DNA of 64,000 nucleotides from the NCBI GenBank assembly GCA_002633005.1, contig NMRA01000088.1:794437-858436 (forward strand). The letters are read 5' to 3'. How positions within the stretch are numbered: the first letter of the stretch is position 1; each line of letters begins with the position of its first letter. The position numbers and the translations under genes were made by a program. This document shows positions 13,601 through 25,600 of this stretch, piece after piece. The notes under the pieces are model-generated. The model saw only the letters and a program-made list of their open reading frames with translations. It did no database searches and was not told the DNA's origin. The DNA is from Phoronis australis (taxonomy: Eukaryota; Animalia; Phoronida).

Positions 13601-16600
13601 TAGTTACAAATTGTTTCTTTTCCTGATTCCACTTGCACACGCATTTCTCCAAGAAATCACAAGGTGGCGTTCGCTACAAATTTAAATATTCACAGTTTAA
13701 TGAGACATAGCATCTTTAAGTCATTCAACCACTGCACGGCACTCAAGCATTAAGTTTATGTGGGACCCTAAGAAGTTGTCCAAATTCGACCAACTGTGGA
13801 ACGCCAGTGATGGGTCATCGGCTTCATATAAAAGTCTCAGTTACTGTGTTTCATGCAATGTTCTTCATAATGCTGTTAGGAATTGTTCTTTAAGCTGTTT
13901 TTGTTAGAGGGAGAATAAAAGATTGGACTTGTATGATTTTTACAAAAAACTCGAAAGCTGTTTAAAACAAAAACCAAATGTTGCTTTAGAAAACTGCAAC
14001 AGTGCTTTTGAGATTTCATCTTGAACTTTAAAATTTGGCCATGTTGTTTGTACTGTGGTTTTGAAATCGATGTACCTTCCTTTTTCCCGAAATTTGGCTA
14101 AGAATACGTGGTCACATAACCCAACAATTAATGGTCGATTGATAAAAAATCAGATATCACAGTCTACAGGATTTCTACTTTCAGAAAATGTCATACTTTG
14201 ACTGACTTATATTCATGGCTTTGTCAATATTTGGCTAAGTATACATTCTTGTGGATAAGATCCTATCATAACCGTAAACCTCTTCTCTGACACTGTTAAA
14301 GATATACCACCTCCCCTAAAAATGCATTTTGCATCTTCCGTCTACGTTTGCTATTAGGATAATCATTCTGTCTGAATTTTGCATTTACAGTAATGTACTC
14401 TGACATAATTTATAATATCTATCAGTCAGTCAATCAATAATCATTTATTTCGCTTCATTTTAAAATATTTTTTCAAAGGGGAATAGAGCCGATATTCATC
14501 CCCAAAATCGAGGCTTCGCATGTCGAAGGTCCTGTTAGTATTATTTGGTTATCTTTTATTCTATTTTATTTTATAACATTTCAATCTCTTAATTAATCAT
14601 CCAATAGGTCTCTCCAGATCCAACAGTTTTTCAGTTATGAGAGCTTATACCAGTCTAAACAAAACATGCACCAGACATCTGACCCTGCTCGCAGCCCAGG
14701 TTGTTGATGTCTTGTTAGCAGTTCAATGTCCTGCCTCATGCCTGATATTAGCCAAATGTACCTACCTTGCCAGCAGGCAACCTCAGCAGTGGCACTATCA
14801 CTGAGTTCGTAGTACTAGTTATGACCTTCTCCACCACCTGGCGAAGGAGTCTCTGCTCCTGACGTCCAATGAGCCGGCAGGAGACCCCCAGACGGAGCGA
14901 CCCACTCTGGTTGACAGGGGTCAAGCAGCTGGTGCTTGTCTGAATCCCCCACCTTTCCCTGTTTCATCAGTTTTAACTGTCGTCCCTGTGTCCCTGTACT
15001 GGAGTCTGTCTGTCGGGGAGGATTTTAGCTAGAAACACATGTCCCACTTATTCTATGAATTTCTCAATGCAAGTCTGCTATACAAAATCTCTTAACTTGT
15101 CTGCGATGTAATCAGCTGGTGCTGCTATTTATCGGTGGCTGTTTTTTGCAAGTGGTGTGTTTCTGTGGTATTTTATTGTACATCTTTCCTAGTCACTTAT
15201 CTCAATTCGTGGAAAGTCGGTCGGCGTTAGGAAATCAATGCTAAGTGTCCATGGGGGCATGGGGGGGGCATGCATCATCTGGAACATTGGGAGAGGCAAT
15301 ATACCAGGATGTGGGTTCTGGAATTTATTGAAGTTAGGAAAATGCCCAGATTTGGCAAATTTGATGACGTCATATCTCATAAATGGTTGCTAGGATTCAT
15401 TATGAAACTTAGTTATTATATTTTATGCACTGTTCTACAAACGGCTGTTAGGAATTGGTTTTAAAATGTTTTACTTTTGCATAAGGGGCTATCAGAAATA
15501 CGACATATGATTTTCATAAAAAGATCAAAAGTTGCATAAAGACAAAATGAAGTGATTATTTAGAAAGCAGTAACAGTGTTTTTGACATTTCATCTTGAAC
15601 ATTTATACAGGGATGGAAATTGTTTATGTTATTTATACTGTTGTGGCATTGGTGTAAATTGTAACCATGGAATTCTACGAGTTTTCTTTCTATGTAAAGT
15701 TACAATTTATATTTTTGTGGGTATTTAGCTAAATACATAGACTATATAACCGTGGAGCAAATTGTGTCGATTCCTGCTCCAGTTCTTTCAAAAATAAACC
15801 TTCACCTGTTGCACTGCTTGTCAATCACCTTTGTTTCTGTAATAAACACCATAGGTCAGTCGTGGTACAGAATCCTTGCGTGGGGTGGGTACGTAACAAC
15901 TTCTCACAATGTTGAAAGGCATTAGATACATTTAAAAAGCTTATCAAGTTGTCCGTTATCAGTTATACACATCAGATTAAGAAGTTAGATAATAGAAAGG
16001 TGATTACAATTATAATAGATTTCAAAATTTTCTTTCCTCATGATTCTATATATTTATTATGGTGTAATTAAAAAGATAATGATTCTCATCTTCAATAACG
16101 TTGGGATAGCAAGCCCAGTCTCACTGGTTTCAAACTCTTAATAACCTTGACACAGAGTGTTATTTGTGTTTCGATTCTATCATTAGCTAAAGCTACTACT
16201 ATATGATTAACAGGTAGTAAAATGTCACGGAATCCTTGTTTCTTCCATTTTGACTGGATGTGAATTGTTTGGAGGTAAAACTAGAGAATATTCTACGAGT
16301 TTTCACGGTTTAGGTTTTCTCCAAAAAACTTTTGAGGTGATTTGTTTGCCACTATTTCAGTCGTTTCTGCGGACGCAGATTAAATTTACCACAATTGCTG
16401 GGGAATGGAAGGACATGTTGCTATGGGAATTTTTTTGTAACCAGGACAAAGATGATGATTGGTTTTTGACATGTAACATACAATAAATTGGTTGATAATA
16501 TGAATTTTGATTGTCTTAATCACCAAGCTTTGGTCCAGCCAAGCTTAAAACTGAATGTAGATAAAAACTGTACAGGTAAGAATTTATCCAAGAAATTTTG

Positions 16601-19600
16601 CCAAGTTGTGATTGAAGATTGAGCTAGTGAAATTAACATACGCTTGTTTTCCGCCTTCTGCTATTTGTTTTCAACCTTCCAAGAACATGCAGAGCTTAAT
16701 CACATCAGGAATTGAAAACCACTTGTGCAAATTTGCTAACATTGAAGCCTGGAGAATTAAATTAATCTGTAGGGCCTTGATAATTAGATAAACCATGTGT
16801 AATTTATTATGCATGACTTAGAGCAGNTCGTCCCTGTACTGGAGTCTGTCTGTCGGGGAGGACTTTAGCTAGAAACACATGTCCCACTTATTCTATGAAT
16901 TTCTCAATGCAAGTCTGCTATACAAAATCTCTTAACTTGTCTGCGATGTAATCAGCTGGTGCTGCTATTTATCGGTGGCTGTTTTTTGCAAGTGGTATGT
17001 TTCTGTGGTATTTTATTGTACATCTTTCCTAGTCACTTATCTCAATTCGTGGAAAGTCGGTCGGCGTTGGGAAAACAATGCTAAGTGTCCATGGGGGCAT
17101 GGGGGGCATGCATCATCTGGAACATTGGGAGAGGCAATATACCAGGATGTGGGTTCTGGAATTTATTGAAGTTAGGTAGAGCCCTGGAAAATGCCCAGAT
17201 TTGGCAAATTTGATGACGTCATATCTCAGAAATGGTTGCTAGGATTCATTATGAAACTTAGTTATTATAGTTTATGCACTGTTCTACAAACGGCTGTTAG
17301 GAATTGGTTTTAAAATGTTTTACTTTTGCATAAGGGGCTATCAGAAATACGACATATGATTTTCATAAAAAGCTCAAAAGTTGCATTAAGACAAAATGAA
17401 GTGATTATTTAGAAAGCAGTAACAGTGTTTTTGACATTTCATCTTGAACATTTATACAGGGATGGAAATTGTTTATGTTATTTATACTGTTGTGAGCTGG
17501 TTAATAGCACATTGGTGTAAATTGTAACCATGGAATTCTACGGGTTTTCTTTCTATGTAAAGTTACAATTTATATTTTTGTGGGTATTTAGCTAAACACA
17601 TAGACTAGTGGCAAATTGTGTCGATTCCTGCACCAGTTCTTTCAAAAATAAACCTTCACCTGTTGCACTGCTTGTCAATCACCTTTGTTTCTGTAATAAA
17701 CACCATAGGTCAGTCGTGGTACAGAATCCTTGCGTGGGGTGGGTACGTAACAACTTCTCACAAAGTTGAAAGGCGTTAGATACATTTAAAAAGCTTATCA
17801 AGTTGTCAGTTATCGGTTATACACATCAGATTAAGAAGTTAGATAATAGAAAGGTGATTACAATTATAATAGATTTCAAAATTTTCTTTCCTCATGGTTC
17901 TGCATATTTATTATGGTGCAATTAAAAAGATAATGATTCTCATCTTCAATAACGTTGGGATAGTAAGCCCAGTCTCACTGGTTTCAAACTCTTAATAACC
18001 TTGGCAGAGTGTTATTTGTGTTTCTATTCTATCATTAGCTAAAGCTACTACTTTGTATATGATTAACAGGTAGTAAAATGTTACGGAATCTTTGTTTCTT
18101 CCATTTTGACTAGATGTGAATTTTTTGGAATTAAAACTAGAGAATATTCTACAAGTTTTCACGGTTTAGATTTTCTCCAAAAAACTTTTGAGGTGATTTG
18201 ATTGCCACTATTTCAGTCGTTTCTGTGGACGCAGATTAAATTTACCACAATTTCTGGGGAATGGAAGGACATGTTGCTTTGGGAATTTTTTTTTGTACCC
18301 AGGACAGAGATGATGATTGGTTTTTGGACAAGTAACACACAATAAATTGGTTGATAAGATGAATTTTGATTGTCTTAATCATCAAACTCTGGTCCAGCCA
18401 AGCTTAAAACTGAATGTAGATAAAAACTGTACAGGTAAGAATTTATTTAAGAAATTTTTCCAAGTTGTGATTGAAGATTGAGCTAGTGAAATTAACATAC
18501 GCTTGTTTTCCGCCTTCTGCTATTTGTTTTCCACCTTCCAAGAACATGCAGAGCTTAATCACATCAGGAATTGAAAACCACTTGTGCAAATTTGCTAACA
18601 TTGAAGCCTGGAGAATTAAATTAATCTGTAGGGCCTTGATAATTAGATAAACCATGTGTAATTTATTATGCATGACTTAGAGCAGCCATTACAATGGGAC
18701 CATCTCTGGCTACAAGAGGGTATGTGTCGTTAGCTACTGGAACGGGCTAAACTTCTAACTTGTGTTTGTAATAGTTGTTATGCACTTCATTCAGGGTACA
18801 TATTAAGGTTATGTCGGATGTTACCGACAAGACGGTACATTTAGCCAAATATCTGCAAAACTGTAGATTTTAACTCAGAAATAGTATATATTTTCTGAAA
18901 GTAGAAATTGCATAGAATTTGAGTTTTGATTTTATAACTGTCCGCCATTAATTAAGTCATGTGACCATTCTTCTTTGGTAAAATTTATTTTTTCCGTTGT
19001 ATATGTATTCAGCGTTTTTTGACAGATATTTTTGAATTTGTGGTTTAGGTTTCTAATAAGTACACTGCCCCGCTTTTGGATTTGACACAAACTATTACAC
19101 CGTGTGTCCATTTTTTATCATTTTCTATCAGCCAAACTGATTCCAATAATTGACGTATGTGTTCCTACTGAGAAGAGAACGGCTGATGATGATTTTTGGA
19201 CGAGTTCAATTACTGTAGCGCCCCCTAGTGGCAATTTAATTTGTTTACCTTTTTGATAATTGTGTTACGGGCTCTCATGAAATTTGGCGAATAAGTTAAT
19301 ATCACGGAGACAACGGCGCCTGCGCTGTTTCAGACTGATTTGATTTACACTGCTCTCTAGTGGCCTTTTTATTATTTTTGTGTCTGTTTTTTTGGTCCTC
19401 CTTACGTCTGCCAAACAGCTTGTAGATTCATGACGAAAGGTGACAGGTGTGTTCCTGTTGAGGAGAACATAACTGACTTGTTTTGTGCCTACCTAGAGGC
19501 TATTTTAGTTACTAGCTCCCTCTAGTGGGAATGTTTAAAATGATGATCATCCCTTGTATCTGTGTTTGTGCGATGGTCATGTTGGATCAATGTTCTACAT

Positions 19601-22600
19601 TGTTATTGAAGGACCTTATCGACAAGTCTCTACGTTTTGCCAGATATCGATAAAACTGTTTGACTTAGCAAAAGTATATATTTCCTGAGAGTAGAAATTG
19701 TGTAGAATTTGATTTTTGACGTTATACCAGTCTGTCATTATTTAGGTCACATGACCTTGCTTTTTAGGAAAATTTAGCAAAAAAAGAAAAGCACGTTCAT
19801 AGCAAAACAACAAGATCAGTAACATGGCCAAATTTTGTGTGATATAAATTTTGGAGGTAAAATCTCACAAACGCTGTTACACTTTTCTATATTATGAGTT
19901 CATGCAACTTTAAGAATTTTAAAATTTCATGAAACTCAAATGATTACTGTTCTTTCTAGCCTTCAGGCAAAAGCAGAACGTTCCAGAAACAATTACTAAC
20001 AACGTTTTTGAGAGCGGTGTTTAAAATATAGTATCTATAAGTTTCATTTGAACGCGATCAGCCATTTCTGAGATACTATGTTCTGAAGTTGGCCAAAATT
20101 GAACTTTTTTCTAGGGTACTACATAACCTTAAATATCTTTACTCCTATGTGACAAAAATGCACAAAAACTCGGCCTACATGCACATGACTGTGTTTTTTT
20201 CAAAATGTGCGCATTAGCAAGAATGTATTGCAAAATTTTAATTACGAATGAATGGTACTGACTCTTACTGCCATCTGGCTGTACCAGGAAGTACTTCATG
20301 TTCTTGTTCTTGGCAGCTGGTGGCGTAGGGGAATCCCTTTGACTTTGTGAAATGGCCCGTTTATAGCCTTTGTGATTAGACTGTGATGTGTTAAACAAAA
20401 TTGAAATTGCCTTCTCCTTATAGAGATCATGTTGTGTTCGGAGTAAGTGAAGAATCAAAGCTATGATGGGCGGTGCCCCTAATAAATCTTCGTGGGCTAT
20501 AAAATGATCAACAGTTGTTCCATTTCTGTAGCCATGTGTTTAAAAGACCAAAGGCGTGTCAGACTGGATTTATAGTGTCTGGGGGTGGGAAGTCTTTGGA
20601 AAAATATGCATTATTGGTATTATTGTTTCTCACAAGTTTCCCATCACTCCAACGTCTTCATTTTTGTGAGGTCCATTACTTCCTTAAACCGGTGTTTTCT
20701 GAGGGTTTTATTAGCTGAATAATTTAATTTGAAGATTAAATGTAGTTATTCCCCTCGTTTAAGTTGTCGAGCGTTCTTCACAACCCGGGCATTCTTATGT
20801 TACTCATGGCCTACGGTAATACTCATAATACAATGTTGAAGCAAAATTAATGAGGTGCTTAGTTGTGGGGTTAAGAGCTAGGCTGGTATGAAAGTTTTAA
20901 AGGAAATCTGTGACCCATGCTCAGTATGCTCTATCCTTGGAACAATAGGAAATGATGTCAACGGCCCAACAAAGGGCCAGCATCTTGGTTCTGCATTCAT
21001 TCTCATTGAGCAAACGTGAATGACCTGCACCGACTGTTCAATAAGGAGTAGGACATTATGTTTCCTCACTGGAATTGAATGCAGAACCAAGATGGATACC
21101 ATTTGTTGGGCCGATGACATCACATCCTGTTGTTCCATGGATAGCAAATACGTGCCATAATTAAATTCGTATTTCCAAGATAACAAGTTATGTGTATTTT
21201 AACTAACATAACATCAAAAACGGTTACTTTCCTCTGTAAAGGTTATTCAATGGATTGTTTAAATTTTTTGAATTACGAAAGAGTCACAAAACGTCGTTTA
21301 GCCTTTACTGCCCGTTGCGCTTTGTGCACTGTTATGTCTGGTGGATTTTGTTTCGAGAATTTTCGGGTTTTCTGACTCACAGTTGACACGTATTTGTAAC
21401 TTAAATTCTGTTTCTCTAACGTGTCTTGAAAGACGCTAAAGTTGTGAACTGTATTTGTGAAAGAAGACTACAGTAATATAAAACTTATCTATCTATCTAA
21501 TTAGTTTTAATATTTTGTCAGATTTTTTTACAAAAATTGTACTCAAAGGTTTTCTGGAATTCTCTTGACATATGACACAAACATAGGAACTGAATATTAC
21601 CCTGAAAATTCACGTTTTGACTACAAGTTGTACTGACTAACCAGATAATAAATGTCAAAAAAATAATTGTTTTGGTTTGTACCATTTAGCTAAACTAACA
21701 GATTATGAACGATGCGAATTTCTGAGAATTTGTATGTCATGGATTTCCTGGGATAGCTAAATTTTTATATTATTTCTTCTCAGTTGTTAATTTCAACACG
21801 ATTTCCCGATATACACTTTAGCCACCATTGTCCCAATGGTCATTTCAAATATTTTTACCTGTTTTCATCTTTTGTTGTGGCAGTGTCTTAAGTTGGGATT
21901 AGACTCACTGGTCAAACTTGATTATGTTGTTTTTCTGATATATTTGAATATTCATGAAGTTGATATTGTCATCCACAGTCAGCAAATTTATTTTTCAAGT
22001 GAATGTGTCTTTTCTCGCAGTTTTTAGAGCCTTTGTTACTGCTGATACCGTGACTGGCATGTCAGGGTCACGTGACATTTTGTGACTGATCTGTTGAGTT
22101 TGGAAGGAACGAATTGGACTCACCAGTTATTTTAAGGCTTTTATCTCGTGCTAAGCTAATCGTAATTTTGCTTGCTGCGTGATTCATTACATTTTATTTC
22201 GCTTTATAGAGTCTGCTCCCAACCCGGGAGGAAGCTTTTGACTTCTTTACGAGAAACTGGGACCCGGAAGTGGAAGAGGACATACGGGTGAGGTCTGTAC
22301 CCCCACCCCCTGCACCAGTCGCAGCCCCTGTACAGGAAGGCGAGGGGGAAGAAGGGGAACCTCAGCCGGGAACCAGTGATGCCCAAGACAGCCAACAGGA
22401 GGCACAGGTACATAACATAAAATGAGTGAAAAATGTAATCGGTTGTTGCCTGAGTTTTTGGAACATTCAGTTCGCTCTTGTGTGTCGTATTGCAAAACTT
22501 GGAGATTCAGCTTTGTCTGGTTTCATTTGCCTAATAGTTAATTCCAAGATAATTAAGCGCTTTACTGAAATATCTGTCATAGATACTGTCCAGTGATTTT

Positions 22601-25600
22601 GGTTTCCCATGGTTACAATTAGTTTGCTATAAATAAATCCAAGTAAGCATATAGCTGGTTCTGTTCTTTGTTCCATAAACGTAGGTTTGTTAATATGAGT
22701 GAAGCTAATTGTGCTTCACTTGTAATTTACGGATGTATCTCCAGAACTATTGCGTCATCTTTCACAAGACTTGCATCTACGGAGTGAAGACCTGGTCTTT
22801 GCCTGAACTCGTTTGGTATCTAGTCTAACTGCTTTAAGAAAAAATGCCTGTGCCAATTATCCCAATATGGCGAAGAGATATCAAGTCAAAAACACGATCG
22901 ACTCCCTCCCCTTCCCTCGTCTCCTGCTCCCTCCCTCATTTCTTCCTCCCTCCTGCTTGTCTCCCTCCCCCTTTCTCCCTCTCCTTCTGGTCTCCCTCCT
23001 GTCTGTCCCCTTTATCCTCCCCTCCTTCTTTGCCCTTCCNNNNNNNNNNNNNNNNNNNNNNNNNNNNNNNNNNNNNNNNNNNNNNNNNNNNNNNNNNNNN
23101 NNNNNNNNNNNNNNNNNNNNNNNNNNNNCCCTCCCCCCTCTCCCTGTCTCTCCCTCTCTCTATCCCCCTCTCCCTCCCTCTTTCTCTCGACAGAGTAATA
23201 CGATCAGGAGGGTGACCAAAGTACAAACTAGCCAACTTGTTTTGAAGCATTATTAAAATCTTGGCAGATAAAGTCACACCATGGTGTGTCTGACGTAATA
23301 CAACCCATGACTCACAAGCTGGCACTACCTCTCTGCATGTGCTCAATACAAGATTCAGTGAAAGCTCTGATTTGTGCTATCATCAGACTGCCGACAATTA
23401 ATAATGATGTTATCTGATCAAATCTCAAGTGTTTGGGTTGTTTCTGCCACTTTGTAAATAATATAATCAGTAGTTGCTCTCATGCTAAACCATAAACCAG
23501 GCATGTAGTAACACGCCATTCTGACATTAATCACCTGACGATCTTTTTGTAGATCTGAGTCAGTAGTAAGAGCGTGATCATTATTTCTTAATTCGCAAGA
23601 CTAAGAAAATCAGAACAGTTATTGCTCTGCCTGATGTTTTGTAACTGTTGACAAGAAGTTGTCGAGAATTAGTGGAATGACCTTCGACCCTACCAATGAC
23701 TCTTGACACTATACCTGGCCGCCTAGTCTGGATGTCTAACTACACAACTTAATGGTTATTTAAGTAACAAGTGATCCCTGTGTGAAGTGATTAATAAACT
23801 TTGTGATATCAGTTTTCATGTTAGTTACTCATACATGTCCAGTAGACATGGGGTGAAGTCAAAATTTGTGCCCTGTTGGGAGAGCCAGAACGGGGGATAG
23901 CCGGAAAGGCAAATTTGTTCTGACTCTCCCCAGCGTCAAAACGCTAGCTTTGCCCTTCATGAAAGTATGGCCATAATTTTACACACTATTAATTAGTAGT
24001 TAAAATCGGATTTTCTTATTCAGTCTTATGAAAATACATATATTTTAAGTCTGACAAGAGTAAAATGTTCGACTCAAAATAGTGGGCCAGTGAAATTTCT
24101 CTTATTTGAGAAATTTTATTATTATTACCTACCACTAGTACTCTTACCACGCACAATAACTGGTGCCACGGGAACTTAACTCCAACCAATCTCTGGAACT
24201 TATACCACGGACAATATTTAGCGCAATTGATAGAAGTGACCCAGTTGCTGGGTGTTAGTTTTTATTCACTTGCACTAAAACTTTTCTGTGGTAGGAATGA
24301 CTTTGGTTGGAGCTCAGGTTCCGTGCCGAAAGTCTTTTGTGCGTGCGAAGCTTTTGTGGTGTGTGGTTAGGGTGTGTACCCTTCATTGGAGTTATTCGGT
24401 GGTGCTGTATTTGTAAGTTGCTCACTTTTTCCAAAAAGAAAAGAAAATCCACCCGAGACGAGCAAAAATGATGTGATTACTCATTGCTTTCTAAATTACG
24501 GCGTTTCAAACCTTGCTCACCCTTGCTTCTGGTCCTTTGCGTGGTTTTCAAACTATGAGATCTTGGCCGTTACCAACAATGTTTTTTGGCCTAATAAGCT
24601 TTTTAAGTGACAATTACTGAGAATTATTTTTGATCAAAGTTGGCAACCAGGAGCCAACACAATGTACATTAATTCTCCACGTATTTTGCACAAACATAAT
24701 TGCCAAAATGGCCATTTTTCCAGTTTCAATGGCTCATTATCTTTTTGCAAATAATGGGAGTCTGAGCAAATGCTGTTTCGTTACATCAACACATTACAGT
24801 CTGTGTTTGAAACAGACCAAAGTGTTCTCGTAATATTTATTTTTGTGGCGAAATTTTACAAATATAATTTCAATTGTCGGCCATCTTGCATACTCAACAA
24901 GTGAAGAATTACGGTAGTATTGTTAGTGAACATTGCAGTTATAAAATGAATTTCAGAATTACCTGCTATTGGTTCAAACCAGATTTGTGTTCAGTAACGC
25001 AAGGACCTCGCTAAAATCTAGCCAAAATCACGTGTTTTCATTTAACAATATATAGCAATATCTCACGTAATCTCACAAAGTCTTGCTTTTTACCGAGACC
25101 CTACCATTATTGGACAAAACCCAGTGTTCATTATATTGTGGTCGGAGGTAGTAATCTGCAGTTCAGGTAATTGTGCGTGTTAGATATGTCAAACTGTTTT
25201 TATGCTTTGTAAAACTGGTCAAAACTGGTGCTGTCGCTGCCTTCTGCTTGAGCTGTAAGAAAACGCCTGCTTCTCACCTGACCATTGTGTGGGTGAGGAC
25301 GTGATGTCTATTCTGTCTGCACTGAACTGTGATGGGATCTGTATCTCCTTCAAATAATGGATTGCCTAATCTAACCACTTACCCATGTTGACCTTACAAT
25401 CTCTCTCATTTCACACTTGACCTTTGACCAGCACCCAATGACCCAGACTTGGTTGTTGGTTGGTCTTGACTAGATGGCAACATGTACATTACTGGATGAA
25501 TTGTTCTGCTGGCAGAAACTAAACTGTGTGGTGTTGGGTTGTTTTTTTTTCCAAAAAATATTAATTGAGTCACCAGAGAGAAGAAACTGAGTAAATTGTC

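Noticed and set aside
20878-21186. 102-aa minus-strand ORF
   Set aside because: Coincides with a palindromic MITE.
22813-23346. Pro/Leu/Ser-rich and Arg/Glu/Gly-rich ORFs
   Set aside because: Translations of a CT-rich low-complexity tract plus a gap.
25278-25510. Minus-strand donors (gtgaga, gtaagt) suggesting more antisense exons
   Set aside because: The larger candidate has stops in all three frames and the smaller is too short to judge.
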